64,000 bases of DNA from Scyliorhinus canicula (lineage: Eukaryota): the NCBI RefSeq assembly GCF_902713615.1, contig NC_052147.1, forward strand, positions 140,991,885 to 141,055,884, read 5' to 3'. Made by a program: the position numbers and the translations under genes. The notes under the pieces were generated by a model that was given only the letters and a program-made list of their open reading frames with translations, was not told where the DNA came from and did not search any database. Positions 12,081-22,867 of this stretch are shown piece by piece. The stretch's first letter is position 1. Every line of letters starts with the position of its first letter.

Positions 12081-13189
12081 ATGTCCCTCTGGTCATGCTC
12101 ACATTGCTCTCGGCAAACTATTTCCAATATGAAAATAACTACACCTAAATTGGCTGCAAAGCACCTTGGGACACCTTCAAAGGCACTATGCAAGTCAAAG
12201 TGTTGCTTTTAAATCCCCCCCCCCCCATCCAAATGTAGGAAGTGGGATTCATTTCCCCAAAACTCGGAGCTTTACTATTTTGTTAAAATTATCTATTAAG
12301 GGCAGCATGGTGGCGCAGTGGTTAGCACTGCTGCCTATGGCACCGAGGACCCGGGTTCAATCCTGGCCCCAGGTCACTGCCCTTGTAGAGTTTGCACATT
12401 CTCCCAGTGTCTGCGTGGGTTTCACCCCCACAACCCAAAGATGTGCAGAGTAGGTGGATTGGCCAGATGGAATTTCCGCTTAATATGAAAATATAATTGG
12501 GTACTCTAAACAATGACCTATTAAGAAGAAGAAGAAAATACCACGTACACATGAAAGAAGATCCTCCGAGACAGGCACTCAATTGACTGTACTGGAGAAG
12601 CCAAAGAGGTGAAAATCTCCTTCACATGCCAGAATACTCACTACTAAAGCACTAAGTACAGACAAAGTGAACTTTGTTTGCTCTTTTAATCAAGAGACCA
12701 CAGCACCTGCATCAAATTACTTCAAATCAACATTATGGATCTGATAGCTGACTTGACAGCAGCAAGGATGTAATTCTAATCACAAACTGACACTGCTAAA
12801 CCCCCTAAGCTGCCACTGGATCCTTGCCACCTAGGAGACAAAATGAATAGGGTGATGCAGTTTAACACAAGGATGTACACATCTTGATTGCAGCCCTCAA
12901 TCCAGTTAATTCAGGAGGAAACTGGAGATGCTTGGTTTGAAGAGAAGCTCTGAACAGAAAAGTAGAAAATAGGAGTGGCTGCAGGTCATCAGAGCTTGCT
13001 CTGTCAGTCAGTGTGATCATGGCTGATCCTCTCTTGCCACCCCCTTGAGTCGAGAAATCTGTTTACACTAATTCATCCAGAAAAAATATTTTCCAAACAA
13101 TAGGTAAATGGGATCAATTTAAGAAACTTTATAGCTGGAATTTAAAACAAGCCAAGCTGTCACAATATTTGTGCACAATATTTAGGTGC

Positions 13190-13553
13190 ATGTGGTTAGC
13201 ACAGCTGCCTCAGCACCAGGGATCTGGGTTCAATTCCAACCTTGGGTGACTGTGTGGAGTTTGCATGTTCTCCCAGTGTCTGTGCGGGTTTCCTCCCGAG
13301 TGCAATGATGTGCAGGTGGATTGGCTATGCTAAATTGTCCCTTAGTTCCCAGGTAGAACTGGAGGAGAGAGTTCTAAAGCCGAGCGACCCTCCGAGAATT
13401 TCTCCTCATCTCGGTCTGAAAACAGAGACCCCTTTTAAACTGTCTCCTAGTTCTTGCTTAGTTCCTAGTCGGCCTAGGTAGGGTGCTCTTTTGGATGGTC
13501 CGTGCAGGTTCGATGGGTGGAATGGCCTCCTGCTGCACTGTCTGGATTCTATG
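13190..13553 (+). mobile_element. V-SINE interrupted by a 98-bp foreign insert
   Basis: SINE head and tail flank 13359-13456. Confidence 0.8.
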
Positions 13554-14139
13554 AATATTGGTTGATCTTCAGTGAGATATATTTGATGTGTCTGCACTTT
13601 AAAGTACTCACTTCGAGGTGAAAAACGTATTGAAGAACAAGTACATTCAGTTACAGGTTATGAACACAGGAAGCAGAGTTTACAATTGACTGCGAGACTT
13701 GTACCATCAGCTTAGCCAGACTTCTTTTGCAAATAATTGCTTATTTTGTCATGGGAAATAGCTCGTTTTGACGCTCTTCAGAAACACAGGCATTTAAAAT
13801 GGATATGTCATGACTCCCTCGGGCACCACCAGTGTCGCTCGTAACATACTATTCCTCCATGCCTCATCCCATTTGACAGCTCAGCAGTAGATCGGTGATC
13901 AGGGAGGGGGATTAAGATTCCAGTGTGTAGGTCAAGCAGATCAAAACAAATCCAATTCATTTCTGCGCAGATGTGTCCGGCAGCGAAGCAAAGTGGGCTC
14001 TTGTTTTCACTGCACTTCAACCCACCCTACCGAAGAAAGACAACCAACTCTGAGCGAACTGATCCCCCAGGGGTTCTGAAAATATTGAGACATGGTGCAA
14101 GTTGCAACATTAAAGTTGCTACATTAAAGTAACAAGTAA

Positions 14140-14520
14140 TCGCGTGGCCACCGTTTCGAGACCACGGGCTCCCCTCCCACATCTTTCAATGGAGCAGTCC
14201 CTTCCCATATTCACCCCCCCTTCCCGGGTTTATATCGTTTGCCCCCTCCCCCTTACCGTATCTTTCGAGCGCGCTGAATGTGCTTCCACTCTCACGGTCA
14301 GAGTTCAGCTCCTTCCTTCTCTACTTCCTGGCCACTTTTAAAGGGGCAGCGGGCTCCTTTACAAGCCTCCGACGACGAAGCGAGGCCGCGCCCACCATTA
14401 AAGGGATCCTCCACTCTCATGTTTTTGACAAGCAGAGAACGCCCACCCTGCTGGATGCTTACTTCAAAAGGCCAGCAGCAATACACTGGCCGCCAGGCAG
14501 AAACACGCGGCATGCCCAAT
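14140..14520 (-). promoter_or_regulatory. CpG-enriched candidate promoter and non-coding first exon (about 14310-14257) of the ZDBF2-like gene
   Basis: Local CpG enrichment. On the minus strand: TTTAAAA (14342-14336), ETS-like CAGGAAGT (14330-14323) and donor ACG|gtaagg after 14257. Confidence 0.45.
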
Positions 14521-16329
14521 GGAATATTTTTTTTAAATAATCTGAAAATTCTGAATCCGCTCGTCAGGATACAACTGTGCAGAGCTGAGACAAGCGCTTC
14601 CACACCCTAAAAGGTCTGGGATCGTATCTCAGACCAGCACCTGCCAACAAGCATTGCAAGGTGCATTGACAAATGTTTCCTTTAGCTCAATGTCCCAGAG
14701 GGCAGGAGACAAATTCAAACTGGCCAGCTTCTTCTGAAATCATGCAAGGCTCGACAGATCAGAGGCGAGTACGTTCTCAGCGACTCTCCCACATCAGAGG
14801 TTCTCACACTGCTGGGATAAATAATTTGAGGCTGGGATAAACAAGCCAAGCACCAAAGCTCACTTAATATCCTCTCGCCCGTAATTTCGAAGAGATCATG
14901 TATTTTGACCCGCCGGTTCTGAAATCTGGTGCACTATAGTAGACCATCACAGATTGTTCTCAGCTTCTTCACCACACCCAGCCATCTCTCTCTCTCACAC
15001 ACACACAATGACACAAACAGCAGTTGCATTTACATCAGTTGTTAAAAACTCTCTTTATAAAGGCATATGGAATAAAGGCAGGTATATAGAGTTCGGTCAC
15101 ATTTCAGTCACAACCTCAAAACAGGGTCGAGGTGTTAAATGTTCCAATGACATTTTGGTGGATAATTATCAATGGAAATTGAAGATGGATCCTTTAGGAA
15201 GGCAAGGAACCGGTTGGAGGTGGACAAGGAAGCATTGATTTTGGGAGTTCGCAATTTGCATTTACTTCTGGTAACCATCCTCACCAAACTTCTAAATTGT
15301 GTCTCAGCCACCTCCTCCCCAAAAAATACCTCAATGCCTGCCAATGTAATGAATCAAAGTCCTCTTAACTACACCGACATGACAATTGAGGGGCCCAACG
15401 CCACTCGATATGCCAGCTCAAATTATATCAGGGTGTTTTCCCCCTTAATAATAATCTTCATTGTCACAAGTAGGTTTACATTAACACTGCAATGAAGTTA
15501 CTGTGAAAAGCCCCAAGAATTACTTCTCAGGAGTAACACTGCGGTGTCAAGATTTGGGGGGGGGGGGGGGGGGGGGCGAGAGAGAAACATGTTCAGATGA
15601 CTGATATTTTGGACTTGCGAGTGCTACACCATCATGTGCAATGCGATACCGAGTCACACTGGCTATAAAAAGAGCCCAAAAAAGCTGTGGCCTCCTTCTG
15701 CACTGCAAATTCTAGGATTCTCTGATACTGCTGCCATAACAAGATTATTATAAAGCTTATAATATAGACCACAGAACTCACCTTTTTGAGATGCTGAACT
15801 GTAGCACCAACAATTGTGTATTATACTGAATGCTTGATCACCAAGTTGACAACTATTTGCACGGGAGGAGATTTTGATCAATTTAATTATCACCTCAGCA
15901 CTCAGCACAGTTTTACCGGACTAATTCAGTCAGTACGTTCAATGATAACCTCCTTTTTCTTTACTATACAAAAGTAAATTCTTTGCTGTAGAATAGCTTC
16001 TTGGTAGATGACAATTTGACGGTTCCAGAAATCCATTATAGGCTGCAAAATGTCAGTGCTAGATGCTGGAGATTTCAGGCAGCACCTCCCTATGAGCAGA
16101 AGGGTGGCACTAGACTCATGTATGGCAGAACACATTCCAAATTCAGCATCAGGTTTTGCACAAAATGAATTACTGCAGAAGACAAACCTGCATTTGTATC
16201 GCAGAGCACTTAACAATTCCAAGTAGAGTTATAGTTACCATACAGGAAACTAAACAGCCATTTAAACCAGAAAGTTACACAATATTTAATCATGCAGGAA
16301 GATAATTACAGGCCTTCAATGTCACGAAG

Positions 16330-16539
16330 AATCATAGATTTTACAGTGCAGGAGGTCATTCAGCCCTCCAGGTCTGCCTCGGCCCTTGGCAAGAGCACCT
16401 ACCCAAGCCCACACCTCTACCCTATCCCCAACTAACTTATTTTTGGGACACCAAGGGCAATTTAACATAGCCAATCCACCTAGCTGCAAATCTTTGGACA
16501 GTGGGAGGAAACCGGAGCACCTGGAGGAAACCCACGCAA

Positions 16540-16580
<41 letters not shown>

Positions 16581-16670
16581 AGAGAGACCGTGCAGACTCC
16601 AGAGAGTGACCCAAGCCGGGAAGCTAACCTGGGATCCTGGAGCTGTGAAGCAACTGTGCTACCGTGCTTC
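16330..16670 (-). mobile_element. V-SINE (HE1-like) with an expanded poly-G run
   Basis: Reverse-complement V-domain. Similar copies at about 31597-31920 (-), 34050-34365 (+) and 58295-58636 (-). Confidence 0.85.
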
Positions 16671-17130
16671 CCCAAGAACTCTCTTCACCTAAACTGTCGA
16701 AACAATGTACAGCTCACAACCACAGGGAGTATAAAAAGCCAATAGTGTAGATACATTTATGGGGAAACCAGACAGGCATGAAGCGGAGGTGTAGATGGTT
16801 ACAACAGTATATTTAGAGGAACGATGAACTAGGTTTAAGTGGAGTACAAACACTCTCATGGGCTGACCTGGTTCCTTTGTGCTGTTCATCCTATGTAACA
16901 CTTTGTAGCAAATAGTCAATATTGCCATAAGTCTAAGAATGTGCAGTACATGCAAGCGTTTTGAAATTTGCACCTATAGACAGTTTCAGACTCTCAACTC
17001 CAGGAACACGACACAAATGGTCAATCAAGTCGCTAATACCTGTTCACTGCCTCAGTGCAAGTTTGGTCAAATGTGGCGACTTGCACCAAAATCAAGTATG
17101 GAAGCCAATGAATCCAATGGCTGATTATGG

Positions 17131-17982
17131 TGTTCGGCTGACGGTCACAACAGAACCACCCAAAGCTGCAGACTGGCTGTCCAACCTCTCGGAATCTCTC
17201 CAAATGGAAAAAATCTAATTCGCTATCCGAGGGTCAGACGACGGCTTCCACAGAACGTGGGAGGCATTCACCCAATTGTTCCGGGACCGGTTTGTGGTCA
17301 ATGAACAAGAATAGTCAGGTAGCCAAGAATCAGGGGAAAGTAGCCAATGCATGAGAGGGGGGGGGGGGGGTGAACAGTTAAACCCAAGAGGAAAGATAGG
17401 CAAACAACAGGAGTGGGGGGGGGGGGGGGGGGGGGGGGGAGGAGGGGGGGAAAGAGAAGAGACAGGGAACAATCGAGGAGAACCAGGGAGGTGGGGTGGG
17501 GAGGCAGGTAAATGATAGCCGGAAGGAGGGCACGGGAAATGATAAAATGATAACAAACTTGGCATTTACAGGAACAGAGAGCAAGGAGAATCCAGACGAA
17601 AGACGGGACTAACGCTGAAGGGGAGGTGAGCACGAGACAACAATGAAAACCATCCGGGAGAAACAAGTGACACCAGACCCATTCCAGTATTGCCCTCTAA
17701 TTGTTTTTCCTCCGCCCAAATGTACATCTACCTCCCCAGTCTCCTCCCCTCCCCCCCCCCCCCCCACACACAAACAGATGCCTACTTATGTGTTGTAAAT
17801 ATTGCCAATTGTAGAGTTGCTGCTGTTGAACTGGTGCATGATACCGTACCAGTTAGTTTATTTTTATTACTACTTTTGGGGTTTTTTTTTTGTATGTTTA
17901 TGTGCCCTTTTCTATAATATATATCTTATTCGGTGTACATAATGGTAAATATACTTTGTTCAAAAACATTTATAAAAAAAAA
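17131..17982 (+). mobile_element. 5'-truncated L1-clade LINE: ORF2 C-terminus, 3'UTR and A-tail
   Basis: Reads PPKAADWLSNLSESLQMEKI*FAIRGSDDGFHRTWEAF, resembling the C-terminus of the 42433-43761 ORF (EKVKFALRGS). A-run at about 17973-17982. Confidence 0.75.
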
Positions 17983-18350
17983 CAATCTCAATCCAAAGGA
18001 CATCACTGCATGAATCACTCAGGTCCCAAACATCTTCAGCTGTTTCATCAATGACCTTCCCTCCATCATAAAATCCAAGGTGAAGAAGGTCACATGATCA
18101 AGACCAGTCAAATACTCCAGTCTGACATGTCAAAGACGAAAGTAAACTGCTGCCATTAAATGCCCACAAGCTACACAAAGTTTGAAACGTTCACAATCTT
18201 ATAAAATTTTAAACCATGCAGCAGATTGAAAGCAAATAAAACCTGCCAAAGACAATAGGAATTGATGAATCAGCGTAGTCTGTAGTAACAAGCAGGTATA
18301 ATTTACATTAAGAGTTACTAATCATAGAAAGCTCTGCCATTCATAACCAG

Positions 18351-18818
18351 TAAGAAATCTTACAACACCAGATTAAAGTCCAACAGGTTTATTTGCAATC
18401 ACTGGATTTTGGAGCGCAACCCGTTCATCAGGTAACACAAGTGGATAGTACTGGGGCTTCAGTGCCAGGGACCGAGGTTCAATTCCCTGCTGGGTCACTG
18501 TGCGAAGTCTGTACGTTCTCCCAGTGTCTGCGTGGGTTTCCTCCGGGTGCTCTGGTTTCCTCCCACAGTCCAAAAACGTGCAGGTTAGGTGGATTGGCCA
18601 TGATAAATTGCCCTTAGTGGCCAAAAAAGGTTAGATGGGGTTATTGGGTTACAGAGATAGGGTGGAAAGTGAGGGCTTATGTGGGTCGGTGCAGACTCGA
18701 TGGGCCGAATGGCTTCCTTCTGCACTGTATGGTCTATGTAAACCTGTTGGACTTTAACCTGGTGTTCTAAGACTTGTTACTGTGCCCACCACCCAGTCCA
18801 ACGCTGGCATCTCCATAT
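18351..18818. mobile_element. Penelope-like remnant with inverted termini and a nested SINE (about 18445-18740, +)
   Basis: Inverted copies of GTTGGACTTTAACCTGGTGTT at both ends. A 13-bp direct repeat CATTCATAACCAG lies at 18338-18350 and 18819-18831. Degenerate hammerhead core at 18399-18434 (-). Confidence 0.6.
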
Positions 18819-19243
18819 CATTCATAACCAGAGAAGTGAAAGCCTGTTGGTTTTCTTTTACTGGCAGATATTGAATTTTAAATATAGTATGAAAAAATAC
18901 TGACCAATTAAAGACAGTTGCCAGATCTGCACGTCCAAACTTCCATTTGGAGCAACTACTAATAGTTCAAACAAATGTACACCGCAGGAATTGCGTGCAA
19001 GTGAGATTCCAAACACGAAGTCCAATCTCTGAACGAGTCAATTCAAATCTTGTACAAGAATGTCATGCTTGATGCAATTTGTGCAATGAGTGGAGGCCTG
19101 CCTATAACTGTCAATTTCAGGAAGACCGATGCAAAGAAATTCCAGAGTAGACTAATCCTCCAATCAGCCTCCTTGGGCTTCTGAATTTCAGTCCCACAAA
19201 GCAATAAGACAAAGGACCAGATCACGTTTTGGACAAGCCAATT

Positions 19244-19249
19244 TTTATT
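19244..19249 (-). terminator. EEF1B2: EEF1B2 polyadenylation signal AATAAA, giving a very short 3'UTR
   Basis: AATAAA on the minus strand 21 nt after the stop codon. Confidence 0.7.
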
Positions 19250-19270
19250 AAGGGTTCATTAGTTGCTGTT

Positions 19271-19357
19271 TTACACTTTGTTGAAGGCTGCCACATCAAC
19301 AGACTGCACGTAATCTTCAAATGCAGTGATTGTTTCTTCCAGCATATCTGTTCCCAC
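19271..19357 (-). CDS. EEF1B2: EEF1B2 coding exon 7 (last): [28 protein letters not shown]
   Basis: Acceptor ttttcag, typical EF1-beta C-terminus, TAA stop. Confidence 0.97.
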   Translation of the reverse strand: MGTDMLEETITAFEDYVQSVDVAAFNKV

Positions 19358-20281
19358 CTGAAAAGAAATACTCAATTAGAATATTCTAGATTTAAATTTC
19401 AAATGTATGCACTGGGACCACCAAAACCAGTGCTTTATTTGTATTATTCCACTTGCCTCAGCAAATGATCAAATTATTGACATAGCTGCATTTGCAACAA
19501 CACTGTTGCACAGCAGTGTGACCATTAGATGGAGCCAATACAAGCCAAACACCAATTTCAACATTCAAGTCTGAAACAGTTCAGTTCCTTATTGAACACA
19601 GTGCAAGACTGAAGCGGCTTTGATTATAAAGGAAACAATGCATATAAAATACTAAGACATGTGCCTCGTGAAGTACTGAAGTTGCCCGTGTTAGTTTATC
19701 CGAAGTCAAAATCAAATACTGTGCCGGCCATCTCAAATTTCACACCACAAAATATTTTTGAAAAGGAAAAATAGCTCATGCTTCATCAATTCCTCTCCAT
19801 TGTTGAGGCTGCCAATGGCCTGTCCAGAACTGAATTTGTACAAACTACTTCTTACCCTTCACCCACCTTCCCTCCTGCATGATTCAGGATCCAATATTCC
19901 ACAAGAGTGGTCAATACAAAACTCAGTTCTTCTTGAAATAAGAAACGTGTTTGAAATATGAGAAAGATTGCAGTGTCAAGGGTTGCTAAAAAAAAGTTTT
20001 AAAGAATGGACATCAAGAATCAGGTTTGGGAAAAAAAAGAATCAGGTTTGGCTTATAACATGCTGGCCAAGCAATATTCGGGGTATAGTGATCTTCTGCA
20101 GAATCAGTTTAGCAGCCCAAAATGTTTTCTTACTTGCCAACAATTCACAACAGATTAAAATGGTGAAAAGCAAGCACACCATAATTTGTTTCGTACAAGC
20201 TTTAAATAGCTACTTTAGTAATGAACTTGCAATTTGGGTTGAGATTTGTTTGCTAATCAATAACTGAAACCACATTCTTAC

Positions 20282-20349
20282 CTTGTCATCTTCAACGACG
20301 CATTGAATCTGTAGCTTTTTGATGCCATAGCCCACTGGAACCAGTTTGG
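20282..20349 (-). CDS. EEF1B2: EEF1B2 coding exon 6: (S)[22 protein letters not shown]
   Basis: AG/GT bounded, 68 nt, phases fit; EF1-beta GEF-domain motif. Confidence 0.97.
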
Positions 20350-20764
20350 CTGTAATGGAATAGACCAGTTTAAGAGAATGCACGAAAGCAATGACACGAC
20401 CAGCCCATGTCAAATATAATCAAACTGACAGCAGAAAAGCCAACTTTTACAGGCAATGCCTATACCACAATTCAATTCAGATTAGCATTTTCCTGTCAAT
20501 TAATCCTGCAAAGTCAAATCAATTCCACCTCCAGGAAAAGGTGGTAACGTGAGGTGTGGAAATTTAAAGTTAACAGCAAACAAAATTGCCCGTACTTAAT
20601 CGTTATGAATTATATTTTCTCGACTACATTTCTAATTCAACTATTTCTTGTCAATCTGCAATCCAGGAAATCTAATTACACAAAATTGTCACAAAAGATG
20701 TAAATAGGGCTCGAAGAATTCAGTTGCGCTTGCGCCAGGATTCAGAAATGTTGACAATGCAACA

Positions 20765-21063
20765 TAGGAGCACAGTGGTTAGCGCTGTTGTGTCACAGTG
20801 CCAGGGTGTCAGGTTCCATCCCCGGCTTGGGTCACTGTCTGTGCGGATTCTGCACGTTCTACCCGTCTGCATGGGTTTCCTCCGGGTACTCCAGTTCCCT
20901 CCCACAAGTCCCGAAAGATGTGCTTGTTAGGCGAGTTGGACATTCTGAATTCTCCCTCAGTGTACCCGAACAGGCGATGTAGTGAGACGATTAGGGGATT
21001 TTCATATTAACTTCATTACAGTGTTAAAGTAAGCCTACTTGCGACACTAATAATTATTATTAT
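20765..21063 (+). mobile_element. V-SINE subfamily with (ATT)n tail, in EEF1B2 intron 5
   Basis: A/B boxes, V-domain and tail TAACTTCATT.CAGTGTTAA.GTAAGCCTACTTG. The same tail type occurs at about 34400-34520 (+), 58020-58290 (-) and 62675-62940 (-). Confidence 0.8.
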
Positions 21064-21411
21064 TGGAAATGAACTGAGCACTGCCTGGATAATAGCCGTG
21101 CCCATGCCTTAACCTGTAACAATCAAGATGACATGACGGCAAAAGTCTCCAAACCAGTATGGTAATTACTACAGCTGATAGCTGCAACTTGCAAACAGAA
21201 GGAAATTGGCTTACTGTGCCGTCCAACACTCGAATTTGCCAAGACTGATAATCTAAAAGACATACTGAAAATGGATTCTCTCAAAAGCTGGCCGTAGCAA
21301 GAGTTGAGCATTGAAAATCTGTCAACAATGGGCTCTCATAACACAAGCTCAACCAAGGAGACCATCTTAATTTGCAATATTACTGTTAAACACAAATCAA
21401 ATAATACTCAC

Positions 21412-21537
21412 AGGAACCCCAAACTAAGCCATCCATTATCACTGAACGTACACACTCCTCCAATTTGCCCATGTCAGTTTCATCGTCCCATGGTTTCACA
21501 TCCAGCAAGATCGATGATTTAGCAATGAGTGCTGGCT
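21412..21537 (-). CDS. EEF1B2: EEF1B2 coding exon 5: (K)[41 protein letters not shown]
   Basis: AG/GT bounded, 126 nt; KPWDDETD signature. Confidence 0.97.
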
Positions 21538-22002
21538 CTAAAAGCATACATCATAAATTAAGCGTCGTCAGTCATTTTAAGGATCAGATTCCAATCACAT
21601 GTACCACAGTTCTGGCCCCAACTGGTAGATGTCAGTGTCTGTGCTCTAAACAAGCTTATTTTCCCCCCTACTTTAACTTCAGCTACATATCATTCTATTC
21701 CTTTCTTCTTCATGTATTTACCTGGTTTCTTTTTAAAAGGAACTTTTCAGCTCAAAAACCCCATGCCATTATTTCAAAATCTCAAACTCAAATGTATTAA
21801 CAATTTTGATCCAAACACCAATGAAAAGCTTTATGCTAATAACAATGCAAGTTGAATTTGAACAGTATACAAATGCTCAAGCATAAGCAAATATGGTGCA
21901 TTTAAAATAATCGATAGCCACTGAAATACACTTAAATACATTTATTAACATTAACAATATCTACAAACACTAACATATTCACCCTCAGTTTATCAGAAAC
22001 AT

Positions 22003-22078
22003 TGGTTTTGTCAGATTAGATTAACTCACATCATTGACTCAGTCGAAAGATGGTGAATCTGAATCATCATTAAAACCA
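22003..22078 (-). ncRNA. SNORD51: C/D box snoRNA SNORD51 (U51), copy in EEF1B2 intron 4
   Basis: Box C ATGATGA, guide TTCACCATCTTTCG-A before D' CTGA (antisense to 28S CGAAAGAUGGUGAA), C'-like ATGATG, box D CTGA and terminal stem TGGTTTT/AAAACCA. EEF1B2 is the known SNORD51 host gene. Confidence 0.9.
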
Positions 22079-22381
22079 TTTCATTTCAGTTCTACCAGCA
22101 TAAATCAACTTAAAATAGGCTGCAGCGTATCTTCAGTACAGAATGTGATACATTAAAAATTAAGCAAGTTTTTTCTTGTCACCCAGCATCAAAGAGACTT
22201 GGATCTGTGTTCTTTAAAAGAACCTCAAGAAACAGTCAAGTTACGCGAATCATAACCATTTATACACATCTGCCAGTATTTGCAAAACACTGAATCTACA
22301 CCACAGATCCATATTGGGAGACACCATAATTAAGCATCGTCTTCAGACCATTGTACTAAATTGTAACTTGACAGTACATAC

Positions 22382-22448
22382 TTTTGGATTTTTTAGCTTC
22401 ATATTGAGCGAGACGCTCTTCCTTGACCCTCTTAGCCTCTGCACTTTC
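22382..22448 (-). CDS. EEF1B2: EEF1B2 coding exon 4: ESAEAKRVKEERLAQYEAKKSK
   Basis: AG/GT bounded, 67 nt, phases fit. Confidence 0.97.
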
Positions 22449-22513
22449 CTGCAAGAAACAGATATAAACAGTCAATTACGCTCAATGGAACTTCAGCATA
22501 AAATAATGTACTG

Positions 22514-22597
22514 GACTGGTTTTGTCAGATTGTTAAAAGCATAATCATTAATTCAGCCGAAAGATGGAGAATTGCAGAATCATCATGAAAACCAGTC
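22514..22597 (-). ncRNA. SNORD51: C/D box snoRNA SNORD51 (U51), copy in EEF1B2 intron 3
   Basis: Box C ATGATGA (22586-22580), guide CCATCTTTCGG before D' CTGA, box D CTGA (22528-22525) and a 10-bp terminal stem GACTGGTTTT/AAAACCAGTC. Box D is about 76 nt from the 3' splice site. Confidence 0.9.
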
Positions 22598-22743
22598 TCC
22601 AACACCAAGAAATCACCAACAAACCAAACTGATACTCAACTGGCAGGATTAACTGTTATGGCTCTTCAACCAACATTCGTGATAATCAAGCCAGGAGGAA
22701 TTCAGTCACATACAGCACAGGTCAAACTCTGTACAGAACCCAC

Positions 22744-22867
22744 CTCCTCATCATCAGATCCAAAGAGATCAATGTCATCGTCATCATCTTCCACAGCTTT
22801 TGCTGGTGTTGTATCTGCTACGTTTTGTGGGCCATATTTACCAAGAGGCTGCTTAACACCCGGAAGG
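22744..22867 (-). CDS. EEF1B2: EEF1B2 coding exon 3: (C)[40 protein letters not shown]
   Basis: AG/GT bounded, 124 nt; DLFGSDDEE acidic CK2-site motif. Confidence 0.97.

Noticed and set aside
19718-21345. Possible H/ACA snoRNA pair in EEF1B2 introns 5 and 6 (both end ...CGGCACAGTA on the minus strand, with an ANANNA upstream)
   Set aside because: Only short shared words. I could not build convincing double hairpins or an rRNA target by eye. A snoReport/Infernal run would be needed.
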